This document shows positions 51,370 through 64,000 of a stretch of DNA of 64,000 nt, one piece after another. Numbering within the stretch: position 1 is the first letter of the stretch; each line of letters opens with the position of its first letter. The stretch lies in contig CM035350.1 of the NCBI GenBank assembly GCA_020137815.1, positions 3,720,001 through 3,784,000 on the forward strand. Direction: 5' to 3'. This stretch comes from Hormiphora californensis (Eukaryota; Animalia; Ctenophora). Under the pieces are notes generated by a model. It was not told the DNA's origin. It saw only the letters and a list, made by a program, of their open reading frames with translations, and searched no databases. The position numbers and the translations under genes were made by a program.

Positions 51370-52643
51370 ATGAACAGACTCATCGCCATTTTCTTCGCCT
51401 GGTAAGTTCCAAGTAATTTTTAGATGTTATTCTACATACCTATACTACTACGTTTTACAGTGGTACTCCGTCATATTGGCCACACCCATAGCGCCTTCCA
51501 GTTCCATACGTCGTTCCCAGCGTCCAAGACTAACAATGTATACTTTTTGTTTGGACGCTGTGAACCACGCTGGGACCGACGCATGGGGCGCTGTGCCCAT
51601 GGCTAATATGACACCACGGCCGGTTTTGCGTTTTTGGACAAGAAAATTTTGGATTACATGCATCAATGGACTCAAAAAAAGCAAAACATTCAGTTTAATT
51701 AGAAACTTTTAAAGTGAAAGTGGGCAGGAACAGACATGACGAAATTCTCGTAGAGCTATTCTCTGATACAAGTACAGCAATCTTGTCAAACGCTGTATCT
51801 GCCCACTCATACTTTAAATAAAGATGCTTTATCGTTCAAATGGTTCAAAGAGCAATATTATCCATTACGTAAGGCAAGATTGACAATTATATTACGATGC
51901 TGCATGTCACCAGACAACATTGACTAACCCCCACCCCATTTTTCAGTGCTGTAATTTTCGAGATCTCCCACTCACGTAAGTTATTGAATGACATGTTGCT
52001 TATCAACGTTTCCTATACGTTGATTGCCTTTCAATAAGGCTGAGCAACAAAAGGAGGGGGGTCCAGCCCTTAAAAAAGCTAACGGTACTCTGATTTTGGT
52101 CGATGGCCTTTTTTTAAAGCTTTTTTAGCTTTTTTAAGCCCCCATGTCCTGAAAAGGGGCACAAAAATGCCAAAAAAGCTATAAAAAAGCTAAATAAAGC
52201 TAAAGGTACCCTAATTTTGGCCGATGGCTTAGCTTTTTTAGGACTGTACAAAACAAATGCGGACTATTTTTATTTGTTCGGGGGAGCTGGACATGGTTTC
52301 CCCTCTCAATTTCTACATTACAAGTGCCAACAATCCCCCCTGTAGGGTCAATACGGTCTGCAGAAGACAGTGAAGATGTTGAGCCCACCACCACAGACCC
52401 AAACGAAGTGGAGCTGGAGGACATATTGGTTGATACGAAATCAGCAGGTTAGCATTAGAGAGAGATGATAAGGATAGCTGGGTATATGCTGTGATGATAT
52501 AAATCATATACTTCTGATTAATCAAACAGTGATTTGTAAGATTACACTTTTTCCGAAGACTCACTCAACTGCATTTAGGATTCTTTTTCGTGGCCGACCA
52601 AAACATACCGATCGAAGCCCAAGTAGAAACGGAGCTCCAATAA
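51370..52643 (+). CDS. Small secreted acidic protein (~75 aa), candidate peptide/neuropeptide precursor
   Basis: Exons 51370-51401, 51947-51975, 52346-52447, 52579-52643 with GTAAG/GTAAG/GTTAG donors and a TGACTAAC branch point; translates MNRLIAIFFACAVIFEISHSRSIRSAEDSEDVEPTTTDPNEVELEDILVDTKSAGFFFVADQNIPIEAQVETELQ*. Confidence 0.65.
52064..52246. mobile_element. MITE-like element in intron 2 of the small secreted protein gene
   Basis: CAGCCCTTAAAAAAGCTA ... TAGCTTTTTTAGGACTG|TA with internal AAAAAAGCT subrepeats. Confidence 0.55.
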
Positions 52644-52943
52644 TTCATACGTGTACGTCACAGCACGAATTAACTGCATAGCACAAAGCACCAATCTAAA
52701 GCCCGTTTGCCGTGCCTTCAAATCCACCATTTTACAGCACCGAGTGAGGGGGATAACGTGCAGTTAACGGATAGAGCGGGCTTCTTTTTCCAAGTCAACC
52801 CAGGTAGAAAACGAGGTAAAAAGAAGAAGGTATATTCACCGTTGGATCGATATCTGCCCATAATAATAGTAGGGGAGACTGAGTCAGCAATAAGCATAGA
52901 TGGACCACGAATTGTGAGACAGACTGACAGAGAGAGACGCACA

Positions 52944-53106
52944 GAGAGACAGAGACAGAGACAGAGACAGAGACAGAGACACAGACACAGACACAGAGAC
53001 AGAGACAGAGACAGAGACAGAGACAGAGACAGAGACAGAGACAGAGACAGAGACAGAGACAGAGACAGAGACAGAGACAGAGACAGAGACAGAGACAGAG
53101 ACAGAG
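52944..53106. repeat. (GAGACA)n hexanucleotide microsatellite
   Basis: ~27 tandem units; source of the RDRD/SVSV/LCLC ORFs. Confidence 0.95.
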
Positions 53107-53910
53107 AAAAAGAGAAGCCCCTGTCTTGTGCACATGCTGATTTAGTATCTCCTTCTAAAGAATGGTCCTTAAAAAAGGGGGCCCTGTGAGCGCTCCTATT
53201 TTCTGGACCACTTCTTGTACGAGATAAACTTTCTAAAATATCTCTCAAGCACACATGGCAGATATATCATGAAATCGATCCAATCTTTATATCTGCTGTC
53301 ACTCTCTCCAGTTACCCATCCCCCAGTCGAAACAGATGCCCCAGTCCAAATTGCTAACCGGTCAGGATTTTTCTTCGCACCAAAAATCTGAGTCAAAAAC
53401 TGCAGTGCAGGTCAACCATTTTGAACTGTCTGGCGAAGCACGCATGAATTCTTTTACTAAAGCCCCATAAAGTCCATAGATTCTTTCTATTTGTACGCTG
53501 TTGCATCCTTTGTAAATAATATTTCCTCATTGCTCTAACCCTATTATATGTATCCTCTTTCATGCATCTATATGTATCCTCTATCATGCATATATATGTA
53601 CCCTCTATCATTTATCTATCTTTCTATTATTTCTAACACTTGATTCGTGTTTCAGGTGACAGGAAACAGACGACGGGTCGCTAACTGTACTTGTCTCTAC
53701 AATTAGAGAAGCAAACAACATATTACATATCATATCAGACAATACAGATCAAGTGTTCAAATCAGCTGGTATCTTTTGAACCGATCTCTCTTCAGACGTG
53801 TGCAGTGTGAGCTGCGTTTGCATGTGACGTGTGTATATTTGTGTGTTATGTGAACAGGTTTCAGTCTTTTGCAATCGAAATTAGCTTATGCGTTTCTCAT
53901 TTAGTCTTCT

Positions 53911-54710
53911 TTAAACGAAAATGTAACAGATAGAAGTCAGAAGGAGGGTAACGGAGAAGGTGGTGGTTGGTAGGGAGGCGTTACACAGGCTGGTTGAACA
54001 GTACTCAACAGAACACCCACTCTCCTCGGTGCATTCTGAAAATGAACAAACATGATCATTGTACATAGACACACACATTGTCATCCGCAGTTTAAAGACA
54101 CTGAAGAGTATTCACATAACAAACTAGACAACTTCACTTCTGAGATACTCTGACTCCAATTCTCTACAACAGCTCCAAAAACTATAGCTTACCTTGATCT
54201 ACCGATCACACAAAGCCACTCCAAACTTACCCTCAAAGTCCGCCTCACTCTCGAAACATCCTCGGGCGGTGGTAGTCAGTTCGTCGGTGACGGAAGTGGA
54301 AAGGAAGCACTTAGTGGTACAGGTACTGGTAGAGCACATAGAGATATCCATCACACCATTACACGAGTAGCACTTGACTGATGATACCCCTGACACTCCT
54401 GAAGGGGGTGGAGTCAACTTCAAAAACCACTGGAAACTCGAATAGTTTCTCTAGGCGAGGCAAAACTAGCTACTACTTGTAGATCGTGTGTTATAAATAA
54501 CTAAAACTAGATCGTGTGTTATAAATATGGAGTTGGTATATAATATGTCTTGACTCTATAGAGGGAAATTGTTGAGTTACTCAACAAGATCAGGACAAGC
54601 TGAGACAACGTGAATTACATGTTGAGTAAGGGGTTACTCAACAAAGAATTACCTTGGAGGATTCCCAGTAGGCAGATAGCAATGAAAATTTTAGAGGAGA
54701 TTGCAGCCAT
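53911..54710 (-). CDS. Ly6/uPAR (three-finger, LU domain) protein, probably GPI-anchored, 3 exons
   Basis: Exons 54653-54710, 54231-54398, 53911-54035: signal MAAISSKIFIAICLLGILQG, VKCYSC...C....C...CF...TTARGC...C.....C....CSTSLCN (10 Cys), then hydrophobic tail FSVTLLLTSICYIFV*. Confidence 0.85.
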
Positions 54711-57700
54711 GTTCTCTGCAGATTATTCTGTGTTTGGAAAGGCACGTCAAACAAAGCTATAATTTGACAAAATTAACAATTAACTCTTTTCTAGTGCTAA
54801 ATGAGAGAAATTCCAAACACGACTTGGCCTCCACGCGGCAGTCAGCAGGCAGTGCGAGCTGAGAGATAGAGAGAGTTCAACTCTAAATTAAGCAGCCACT
54901 TATATATAACTGGCCAGGTTCACGCACCGCTATACATACAGCGGTTATAGCAGTGCAACAATAGCTCCCCATCTGTGAGAAGTTTTATTCACCGCGGCAT
55001 ACGCACACACGGGTAATGGAGCGGAACCGGGCAATTACAGAGTGATATATAGGGGGTGAACTAACGTGACATACTCCTTCCTTGTAGTATCAGCTTTCTA
55101 GAGTCTAGACGGGTGGAGTGTTTTGTGTCTGATGAAGGGGGTGCCTTCTATAACAGTCAAATTCAAAAGGAGAAAGTATAGAAGTAAACCGATAAACATG
55201 AGAGAGCTGTACCCGAGCTTGTCTAACAAACTGCAGTCATGAATATATAGCAGCTGGAAGTTTCAAGGCGGAATTGTCGCTGATTAGACTGGGTAAAGTT
55301 CGGTATCAGACGTGCTAATAATGGAGATCTATAATTATAGTGCCTCTTAATTTTGCACTAATTCCCCCGGCCACTTCCGTATCTCTACTCTCGCTGTACT
55401 AGTTATATCGTTATAGGCAATTAAAAGGACAACTGATATCATCGCACGACACACATCTATAACCCAATTTGATCAGTGGAAGAAAAGCTGGAAGAGAGCT
55501 AGATTCGGTACAATTCAACATCTCAAAGTCACAGCTCTGGGTGATGCAGCTCAGTCAAAAGCACAGAGAGAGAGATGCGTGTCAAAACTCCCCAACACTT
55601 TGAGATGTAGCCCATGGTGGAGTACCACATCCCGTTTAATATGATTAAACCCTTGTCTAACTTGACAGGAAAAAGCTGAGGAACGTGCATTCACACATGC
55701 ATGTGCCAGTATATGACATACACAATATAATTCACGTCGCCACAAATAGACATGAGTTGGGCGGAGACACACATGCCGTATCGAAAACACATGTGAAAAC
55801 TTCACGCCTACTGCTGCTGAGAACCGAAACGGCTTGAAATATATTTCACTCTAAAATTTAGCTATAACCGGCTACGTGAGCTTCATTTAGAGCTACAATT
55901 CGGGCGGTATGAAGGTCACTATACACACATATTTAGTCAGGAGAAAGAACATGCTGACACGAGTGACACGGGAGTTCGGGACTTGTTCGGGTCGAATGAG
56001 CTGGAAATTAAGGTGTAACAACATCATGCCCACCTAACTCTAGGGTACTTTACGATATGCAGTAACTAATTCTCACATTATTCCATCCAATTAGCACCTC
56101 GCACGACATGTGCAGGAGATCATTATTTACAGTGTACATATAATTAATGTGAGCTCAGCAAATCTGAGAGACGAATGCAGTTGGCAAAGGAAGTTTGAAA
56201 AATAATATGTGTAATTGGAGCGTTTGAATGCACAGACACATCATGATTCTCTCTCTTCCTTCTAACTATTATATACGCAGTCTTCTACAGCTCAGCTTGT
56301 GCGTTTTGTACAACTTGATCGCCTTAAGATTTGGCAGTTGAGGACTGAGGTGATACACATTGCTACCATACCATATGACACTCTCTTTCACTCGCCCCCG
56401 TCCCTAACTAGACCTAGCGTGCGTGCGTGAAAACAGGGATGTACCCTGCCAGTAATGAAATAATACTCTTGGAAATTATTTCTCAGTCAATTGTCAAATA
56501 TGGTTGATTCCATATTTCTGCGAAACTTCGAACTTCGAACTTCAGTGTGTGTCACACGGTTGAGATCTCAACTTCAGTGTGTCTCCTCCCTAATTTAAAA
56601 GTGTGTCAAGTGTAACAACATGCCACCATGAGTTACATCACCTCCCATAATTTTTCCTGTTGCGATTTACCTATTACACGGCGAATTAAGTGAAAGTCAG
56701 GAAAGAGCCCCAGGGAATTGGGCCAGATAATTCCATCTGCGCTTAACGAATTGAGTGCTTCTTCAGAGAGTAGGCAGGGTTTTCTACTGATGACGTCGTG
56801 TGAGATGTCTCATGTGAGAAGTAAGCACACAATGTCAATGTGTAGTTGGAATTATCTGGCTCCATTATCTGGCAGCATTACCCTACTTCCCAATTTATTG
56901 TTTCATTTCCGTGCAATAAGCACGTTCAGAAGCCTATTTTATTTGTACAGTCTAAGATTAAACTTGATATCCCATCTCATCTACAACGCAATCTAGATTG
57001 TACACAGATTGCACATCACTGGTTTCCTTCTTTTACAAGAGTTGCTTTGTAACACACTTGCACTTATCCTTGGGGAAACGCCTAGTTGTCTGAATATAAT
57101 TGATCGAACAGAAGTACTCTCAGACTCTCTTGCGAAGGTATTATGTAATATATGTAATATATGTTGTGTATGAAATAGTGAATCTGCTTATCATATAATA
57201 CCCGGTTCAAATTAATTTTGTGACAGGAAAATTTCAGCATAAATTTGGGTCAATTTAATGAAAATTACAGCTTTGCACAGTTGAAAACTTTCCAATTTCC
57301 GGTTTCCTTAGAAGTAGGCCGTAGGGTACGGTATTTACATATATAAAATATACTAAAATATATCTTTGACAGATATTTCTCCAACTCCAACGACCAACAT
57401 ATTGTACAACTTGTATTCTGCACTTTGTCGGTTTTGTGTATCTTCCTGCAATTTGTCTGTCTGTTCTCATTATAAACTGCCTCAATTCAGGTGAATTACT
57501 GCGCTGGCAAGCGCAAAGGTTGTCAAAATATTTATACTATCTCCAGGATTGCAGTTTGTATCATCGCAATCGTCCACGTATTCTGGGGAGACCCATTATT
57601 ACACATTAGTAATAATATGACAATGACATGAATCATGGTGTACTTATACCAATCTGAGCACACCACTCCGCTTCATTAAGTGAATATACTAGCATTATGT

Positions 57701-57752
57701 GCGAATAGTACGTTACTTATTAAACTGTGTATGATAAGTCAGGGACCATCTT

Positions 57753-57758
57753 GAGAGA

Positions 57759-57846
<88 letters not shown>

Positions 57847-57867
57847 AGAGAGAGAGAGAGAGAGAGA
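57753..57867. repeat. (GA)n microsatellite
   Basis: Nearly pure GA run. Confidence 0.95.
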
Positions 57868-60228
57868 TGACTGCTACAGGTGGCTTTAGTGTGATCAGAG
57901 TACCCACGGCATCAGGAGAGCAGCTTTAAATCAATCAACTCTACATCGGTACTAGACTGAAAGCCCATCGATGTGTCGCCCCCTGCATGTTATAGTTGAA
58001 TTTGAATTGCTCCCGAAGGGCCTCCTCCACCCGCTTCTATACCTTGTCTAAAACTGTTACTGTGTGAAGGCATGTTGTAAGATTAAACCTGAGTTAATGA
58101 TCACTGTTAAACACTTCCAAGGGCCTCGCCAGCAAGGATGTCCGTGAAATCAAATCAGAGTGATGAGAGGAGAGGGAGCTAGGCTTAGTAGCCATGGGAG
58201 AGATTATGTATCATGGGGGGATGAGACGAAGGAATAGTGAGAAAAATGAGGGAGAGAGAATGACGTCCAAGCGATAAAAGAAGGGGGAGAAGAAGACAAT
58301 ATTATTACTCATAGTCGATAACAGCTCGTTTTATTTGTCTTCGTTAATTACTGTCTCCCGATCACAATTTATATACAGTATACATTGCAATGTATCCACT
58401 TGTCAAGCTGTTTCATGAGAAGTAAGTGATGTGAAGCGTGTTGGGGTACATATGGGGTACAGCTAATTACATGTGCATAGTAAAGGGGTAAAGGTTCTTA
58501 GGTGAAGTACTCAAAAATATTGTAGGTATCGCTAAACGATGGCCTCGTCGAACTAAATTCAATGACAGGGAGTTGGGATGTGGTGAGGAGTTGGGGAAGA
58601 AGTTACCTAATTGGGAGGAAGTTGGTCGCACGCGTTCATTGAGATCTCAACGTACATGACCAGTTCTCGTTCGCTCCGCGTGCAGAACTTATTTGAGAGA
58701 AATGAGAATAGGGTCAGGCCAATGCTCTGACAGCTTCAGTGTGTCTCCTCCCCTTCAATCGGTCCGTTGTCAGGGCAGTGTAAACAATCGTAGCTGCACA
58801 GTATTATAACACTTCTGAGCCAGCATAGCTCAATTTTCAATGTAAGCTGTTTGGTTTCATGTGTGCACTCGGTCGACAATGCGTAGGTAGTGTGTTATAT
58901 TGCGATCAAAGAGTCAGAGTCTAGAGAATATAGAGAGAATGAGGGAGAGAGAAAGAGAGAGAGAGAGACAGAGAGAGAAGGAGAGAGAAGGAGAGATAGA
59001 GAGAGAAAGAACAGAGGTAAAAATGTAAGCGTGATCTTCTCGATTGTTGTCACCGAACTTGCTTTATATCGTTGATCTCTCTCTCTCGTGTAATAACAAT
59101 CCTAAAATATGCGAGTTTTCTTCCTCTGTAAGAGCTGTTGTATGGGCAAACGTAAACGGAAAGGCGACCCCTCCGCTTTACAGAGTGCATCTGCACCTAA
59201 CCTGATCGGAACCGGTGGAAATGGGTCTGATATCCGCGGATCAGTCGCGTTAGTAAAGTGCAGTTTCGTACTATTTTTGTCGGTTTTGAATCCAAGCTAA
59301 AATATAACCTGGCTACCACACCCATAGAAGATTCTTAGTTAATTTAAATGAAAGTTATAAGAGATAAAAATAGATACTGCATGCCATGCATCACGCAATA
59401 TTATAGTGGGTACATAGTTTACAAGTCAAATAGAGATTATGTCAAGATAGATAATTTGTCTAGGATAGATTATGTCTAGGATATATAGGGTGGGACGTAT
59501 ACTTGCCATCTTGATAATGCTTTGAAATTATTATTTCGAGTTACATGGCGTTACTTTATACATAGTATAAGCTGTCGGGTTTGTTGGTAATATCAAAGTA
59601 TTATAGAATTGTAACAACCACCTTCCCTCTCAGATTGGCAACAGGAGTGTCCCTGAGCATGCAACGGGAATCCTCTAAAGACTACATTGCAGTCAGCTAC
59701 ATAGGTACGTGTAGAATCGTGGGTGCAGTAGTACTGCAGTCAAACCTCTATTTACCGGGGCTTGTATTTAACTGTAGTACTGCAGTCAAACCTCGATTTA
59801 CCGGGGGTTTGACTGTAGTCATTTCTGTGTCATTGCAGTCATCGCGTGACACGAGCAAGTAAGGGGTTGCTCAACAACGAACACCCGCCCGATATAATAA
59901 AACCCATTAGGAAGTCAACAGGATCTTACCGGCCTTTTAGACACACCAAAAACCGAAAACCACAATTCCCTTTATAACGTCACTTTGATCCTTGTTGTAG
60001 CAATACTTGTGTTGAGAATTGAGAATCTTTTCATTCTTGTGGGTTTAGGTCACAATGAGACGTATTCAGATTGCCATATACATATATATATAAGCTACTT
60101 ATTATTATAGTAATCTGCATATTATATTATGCTTTCTGTCACACTTCCATGTCTCTCGGATCTTCTCGTATAATATGGGTATAATATCATATACCGTATA
60201 TGATGATACTGTGTGATTTTAAATGACT

Positions 60229-60819
60229 GAGACTGCTCTATCTCAAATTGTGTAAAAACTATGGCATATTTCGACTTCAAATTTTGGGACACGATAAAAC
60301 ATAATTTCTCATTTATTCTCCCAGATTTTCAGAAAGTTTCCATGTTCCTGAATGAACTTATTGCCATAAAACCTCCTCCAACTTTACACAGTCATATCTC
60401 TGGAGTCTAATGAGATAGAGAGTTCAGATTTTTAGGAGAGACAGATAAGACGATTTTGAATGTTTTGTCTGCTTTACGAGTTGATAACTTTTACCGTCTG
60501 TTCACAGGAACTGTTTAAAGTGATGTAACACGCCCTAATTAGGCCAAATTTAGGTCATTTTACCCCTCAAAGATCACATGTCCAGCTGATTCTAGTGGGC
60601 TAATGAGGCCTCTTACACGAATTCGTCACGTGTTACTGCAAGGATACCGCTCTCCTTTTTCACCTTGACCAAGCAGACATGATCATGGTGTCTGGAAGTG
60701 GTAACAAGCTGTAGGATACCAGACAGATGCTGCTCTCTACTTCAATCACTCTCTCGTTATAAGGTCACGTGACTGGAATTGGGATCTCGACATCAGACAT
60801 GATCACAATGTCTACAAAG

Positions 60820-60888
<69 letters not shown>

Positions 60889-61481
60889 TGCTTTGTAGAC
60901 ATTGTGATCATGTCTGATGTCGAGATCCCAATTCCAGTCACGTGACCTTATAACGAGAGAGTGATTGAAGTAGAGAGCAGCATCTGTCTGGTATCCTACA
61001 GCTTGTTACCACTTCCAGACACCATGATCATGTCTGCTTGGTCAAGGTGAAAAAGGAGAGCGGTATCCTTGCAGTAACACGTGACGAATTCGTGTAAGAG
61101 GCCTCATTAGCCCACTAGAATCAGCTGGACATGTGATCTTTGAGGGGTAAAATGACCTAAATTTGGCCTAATTAGGGCGTGTTACATCACTTTAAACAGT
61201 TCCTGTGAACAGACGGTAAAAGTTATCAACTCGTAAAGCAGACAAAACATTCAAAATCGTCTTATCTGTCTCTCCTAAAAATCTGAACTCTCTATCTCAT
61301 TAGACTCCAGAGATATGACTGTGTAAAGTTGGAGGAGGTTTTATGGCAATAAGTTCATTCAGGAACACGGAAACTTTCTGAAAATCTGGGAGAATAAATG
61401 AGAAATTATGTTTTATCGTGTCCCAAAATTTGAAGTCGAAAGATGCCATAGTGTTTACACAATTTGAGATAGAGCAGTCTC
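60229..61481. repeat. Long inverted repeat (~590-bp arms) around a ~70-bp (TC)n spacer
   Basis: 60229-60820 is the reverse complement of 60890-61481 with only ~3 mismatches spotted, all in the outer part; spacer 60821-60889 is almost pure TC repeat. Confidence 0.95.
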
Positions 61482-62955
61482 CCCCTTCCTCTATATATTC
61501 CTTTTTCGTTCACCATTCACAGGAAAATACTGTATAATCATATCAATGTCGTATATGACACATAATATTATTAATACTATTACTAATTCCATCATCATGC
61601 ATAACTAATTCAGGTGACATGAAATAATGAGTATCGATCAGGTATAAAAACTAGCTATAAGGTATTTTGTAATTGTAGTCACCGCGGTTAGTACGGAAGC
61701 CATGGTTCTCTTTGACCCGTGCAGAATATCGAATTATTGCAATTTATCCTCTGACTCCGGGCCAATATAAAACCTCGTATTGCAGTATATTTTCCTTATC
61801 TATACTCCTGCTCATTCAATTTCACCGATTCTTCCACAGTCGAGACATTTATTGTTTCTACCGGCTTCTGAGAGGCACTGACAGCGTGTCTCTGTCTGCC
61901 TTTGACTATCTTTCGATGTATTATTCGACGATCCAGGAACTTAACAAGCTATTGTTTCCAAAGGCAGCTTCCTTTTTTTCATTATTAAGTACAGTAAATT
62001 ACTATATTTCACATGCAGTATCTCCGCGACTCGAGCAGCAGTTGCATTCATGGCGTCAACAGTATATTGTGTCTTGTCCGGGTTGACAGGTAGCCGCAGC
62101 ACTCCATAGAGCTCCCTAAATGGATTTCCGTTTGTTTTCTGTTTGTGTAGGTATACCCTATAGCTCAATTTCTACAGCAAACAGAGCCTCCTTTTCTTTG
62201 CACGTACGAATTGTTTTTCATCCTTGTGTGTATCTATCTATCTATCCTAATATCCCATCCTATTCACGAACGAGATATCTCAAGAGTCTCAATGTCAGCT
62301 CATGGTAATCCTAGTTTTGACCTTATTGTACCCTGCTGGTGATCTACACAGCAATATATTATACATGATCAGCCTGATTCATCTGGATGTACTCGCATAG
62401 AGAATCAGCTGATGAGACCTTAATCCCATCTACCATTATATATTGTTAGCTTTAGTTGAGATGGAAATAGAAAGAGGGAGAAGCTGGGATAGAGATAGAG
62501 AGGCTCAGATAGACAGAGATAGAATATAGAGAAACAAAACAGAGACAGAAATATGTATGTAGGCACTTCCATGGCCATGCAGTGTTACATTAGTGAATGA
62601 GGCCTAACAGGCCTTGCAGTGTAGCTCTGTGTGTACGTGAAGGCCTTGTCCGCTTGTCAAAGGTTTTCAGCTGTTATGTATCACATGTGTGTTTTTGTGG
62701 TTGGCAACACCATGTGTCACACTGTGTGTGTGTTTAGTATAGCACTGTGGTGGTGGTGGTGTATTTATTGTACACTTCCGGTCACATGTGACACATGTGT
62801 GGTTCAATATCATGATGTAGATTGTAGGGCCTAGTCAATCGAGCTGGAACTCTATTCCACGTGCTATATAGTGATACCTATAATCAGACTATCCAGTATC
62901 CGTCCCTATTCTGACTATCTCTCTTAGACTTCCTTGGGTAATAACTCATACAGTA

Positions 62956-63133
62956 GGGTAGCGACTGGCTATTTTAAATGGCCAGCAGGTCAGCAGGTGC
63001 ACCATATTTGGCTTTTCAGTGGGCTATTCAGAACTCATGCGAAGCCCATGCTGATGTCTAAAAATCCAAATCTGCTGGCCTTTAGAGAGGGTGTTTCAAA
63101 TTAGCCGCCATTTCAAATAGCCAGTCGCTACCC
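62956..63133. mobile_element. MITE with ~27-bp TIRs and TA flanks
   Basis: TA|GGGTAGCGACTGGCTATTTTAAATGGC ... GCCATTTCAAATAGCCAGTCGCTACCC|TA. Confidence 0.8.
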
Positions 63134-63325
63134 TACTTGACTTATATGATGCTGGCTTCGTCGTGCGTGCTGCCGGTTATAAGTCGCATTAGTTGTAACC
63201 CTCACTTTTACAGTTTACTAAACTTTTTAGCTTGCAATATATGTGTGCTACCATGACACGTGCCTATCATGTATACGTGTAATTCCTCTACGTATGCTAC
63301 TACTAAAACTGCACTACAGCTATGA

Positions 63326-63333
<8 letters not shown>

Positions 63334-63404
<71 letters not shown>
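63334..63404. repeat. (GA)n microsatellite
   Basis: Pure GA run. Confidence 0.95.
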
Positions 63405-63407
<3 letters not shown>

Positions 63408-64000
63408 GAGCATTGGCCGCAGTGTAAATGGATAGAAAATTACTGGAGTACTTGTGCAACACGATTCTTAACACGGCAGCTGGCGTATTCCGATTTTACC
63501 TGTACCAGCCACTCCATGAACGTCATATTGTCCTGTGTTGTTTGTGCGCCGCTTACTTTTTGTCAGAAATATCCGGGACGTATGCCTTGTAATTCTCATG
63601 TGTAGTAGTTTTGACGCACTGCATCGGCCATTGTTTCAGTTCACTGTCTTGTTCCATCAATTACCACCTTCTACGCAGCTTTTGAGCCACCTAGTTTCTT
63701 TCTTTGATCTTTGGTGAAGAGACCTAACCGCACTCAAATGTTACTGCCAAAATCTTTTTAAGTTCAGTTCTAAGGCTTCTATTTCCCTCTGACCTCAGCT
63801 TCATTTTGAACTGCTAGAGCAGCAGTTGTTCGGAAGATGCATGTTTGGTTAAAATAGATTCTTTGCTGGGGGTCCTCTCTTGCTGTAACAGTAGGCCTCT
63901 CCTTCAATCGAAGAAGAATGGGTGAGATCGCTCTCCTTCTATCTCTCTCTTTCTCTATCTTTCTCTCTCTGTGTGCACCCTCTATCTCTATATACTTCTC

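Noticed and set aside
63430-63930. Possible minus-strand exons near the window end
   Set aside because: No long frame, consistent splice phases or recognisable motif found.

Overview
Eukaryotic (animal) genomic DNA with compact GT-AG intron genes, many (GA/CT)n microsatellites and small TIR elements. Gene style (short introns, divergent SIX homeobox, GPCR with NKL instead of DRY, abundant X-box palindromes) suggests a non-bilaterian animal, most plausibly a ctenophore; this is inference only. Hand-spliced gene content, left to right: 3' part of a divergent double-core annexin (+) with a ~5.6 kb LINE in one intron; a frameshift-broken Ser-rich giant ORF (-); two tandem SLC15/PepT peptide transporters (+); a laccase-like multicopper oxidase (+); a multi-exon class A GPCR (-); a SIX homeobox gene (-) with an intronless GPCR nested in its intron; an eh1-bearing NKL/Msx-like homeobox gene (-); a small secreted acidic precursor not in the ORF track (+); a Ly6/uPAR three-finger protein (-); and a ~590 bp-arm inverted repeat around a (TC)n loop. 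Best leads: paired loss of both extracellular-gate residues in PepT paralog 2, the candidate neuropeptide precursor, a Gln T1-copper axial ligand in the oxidase, the nested GPCR, and the long hairpin. Roughly 660-780 and 5640-9900 look like low-quality consensus sequence.
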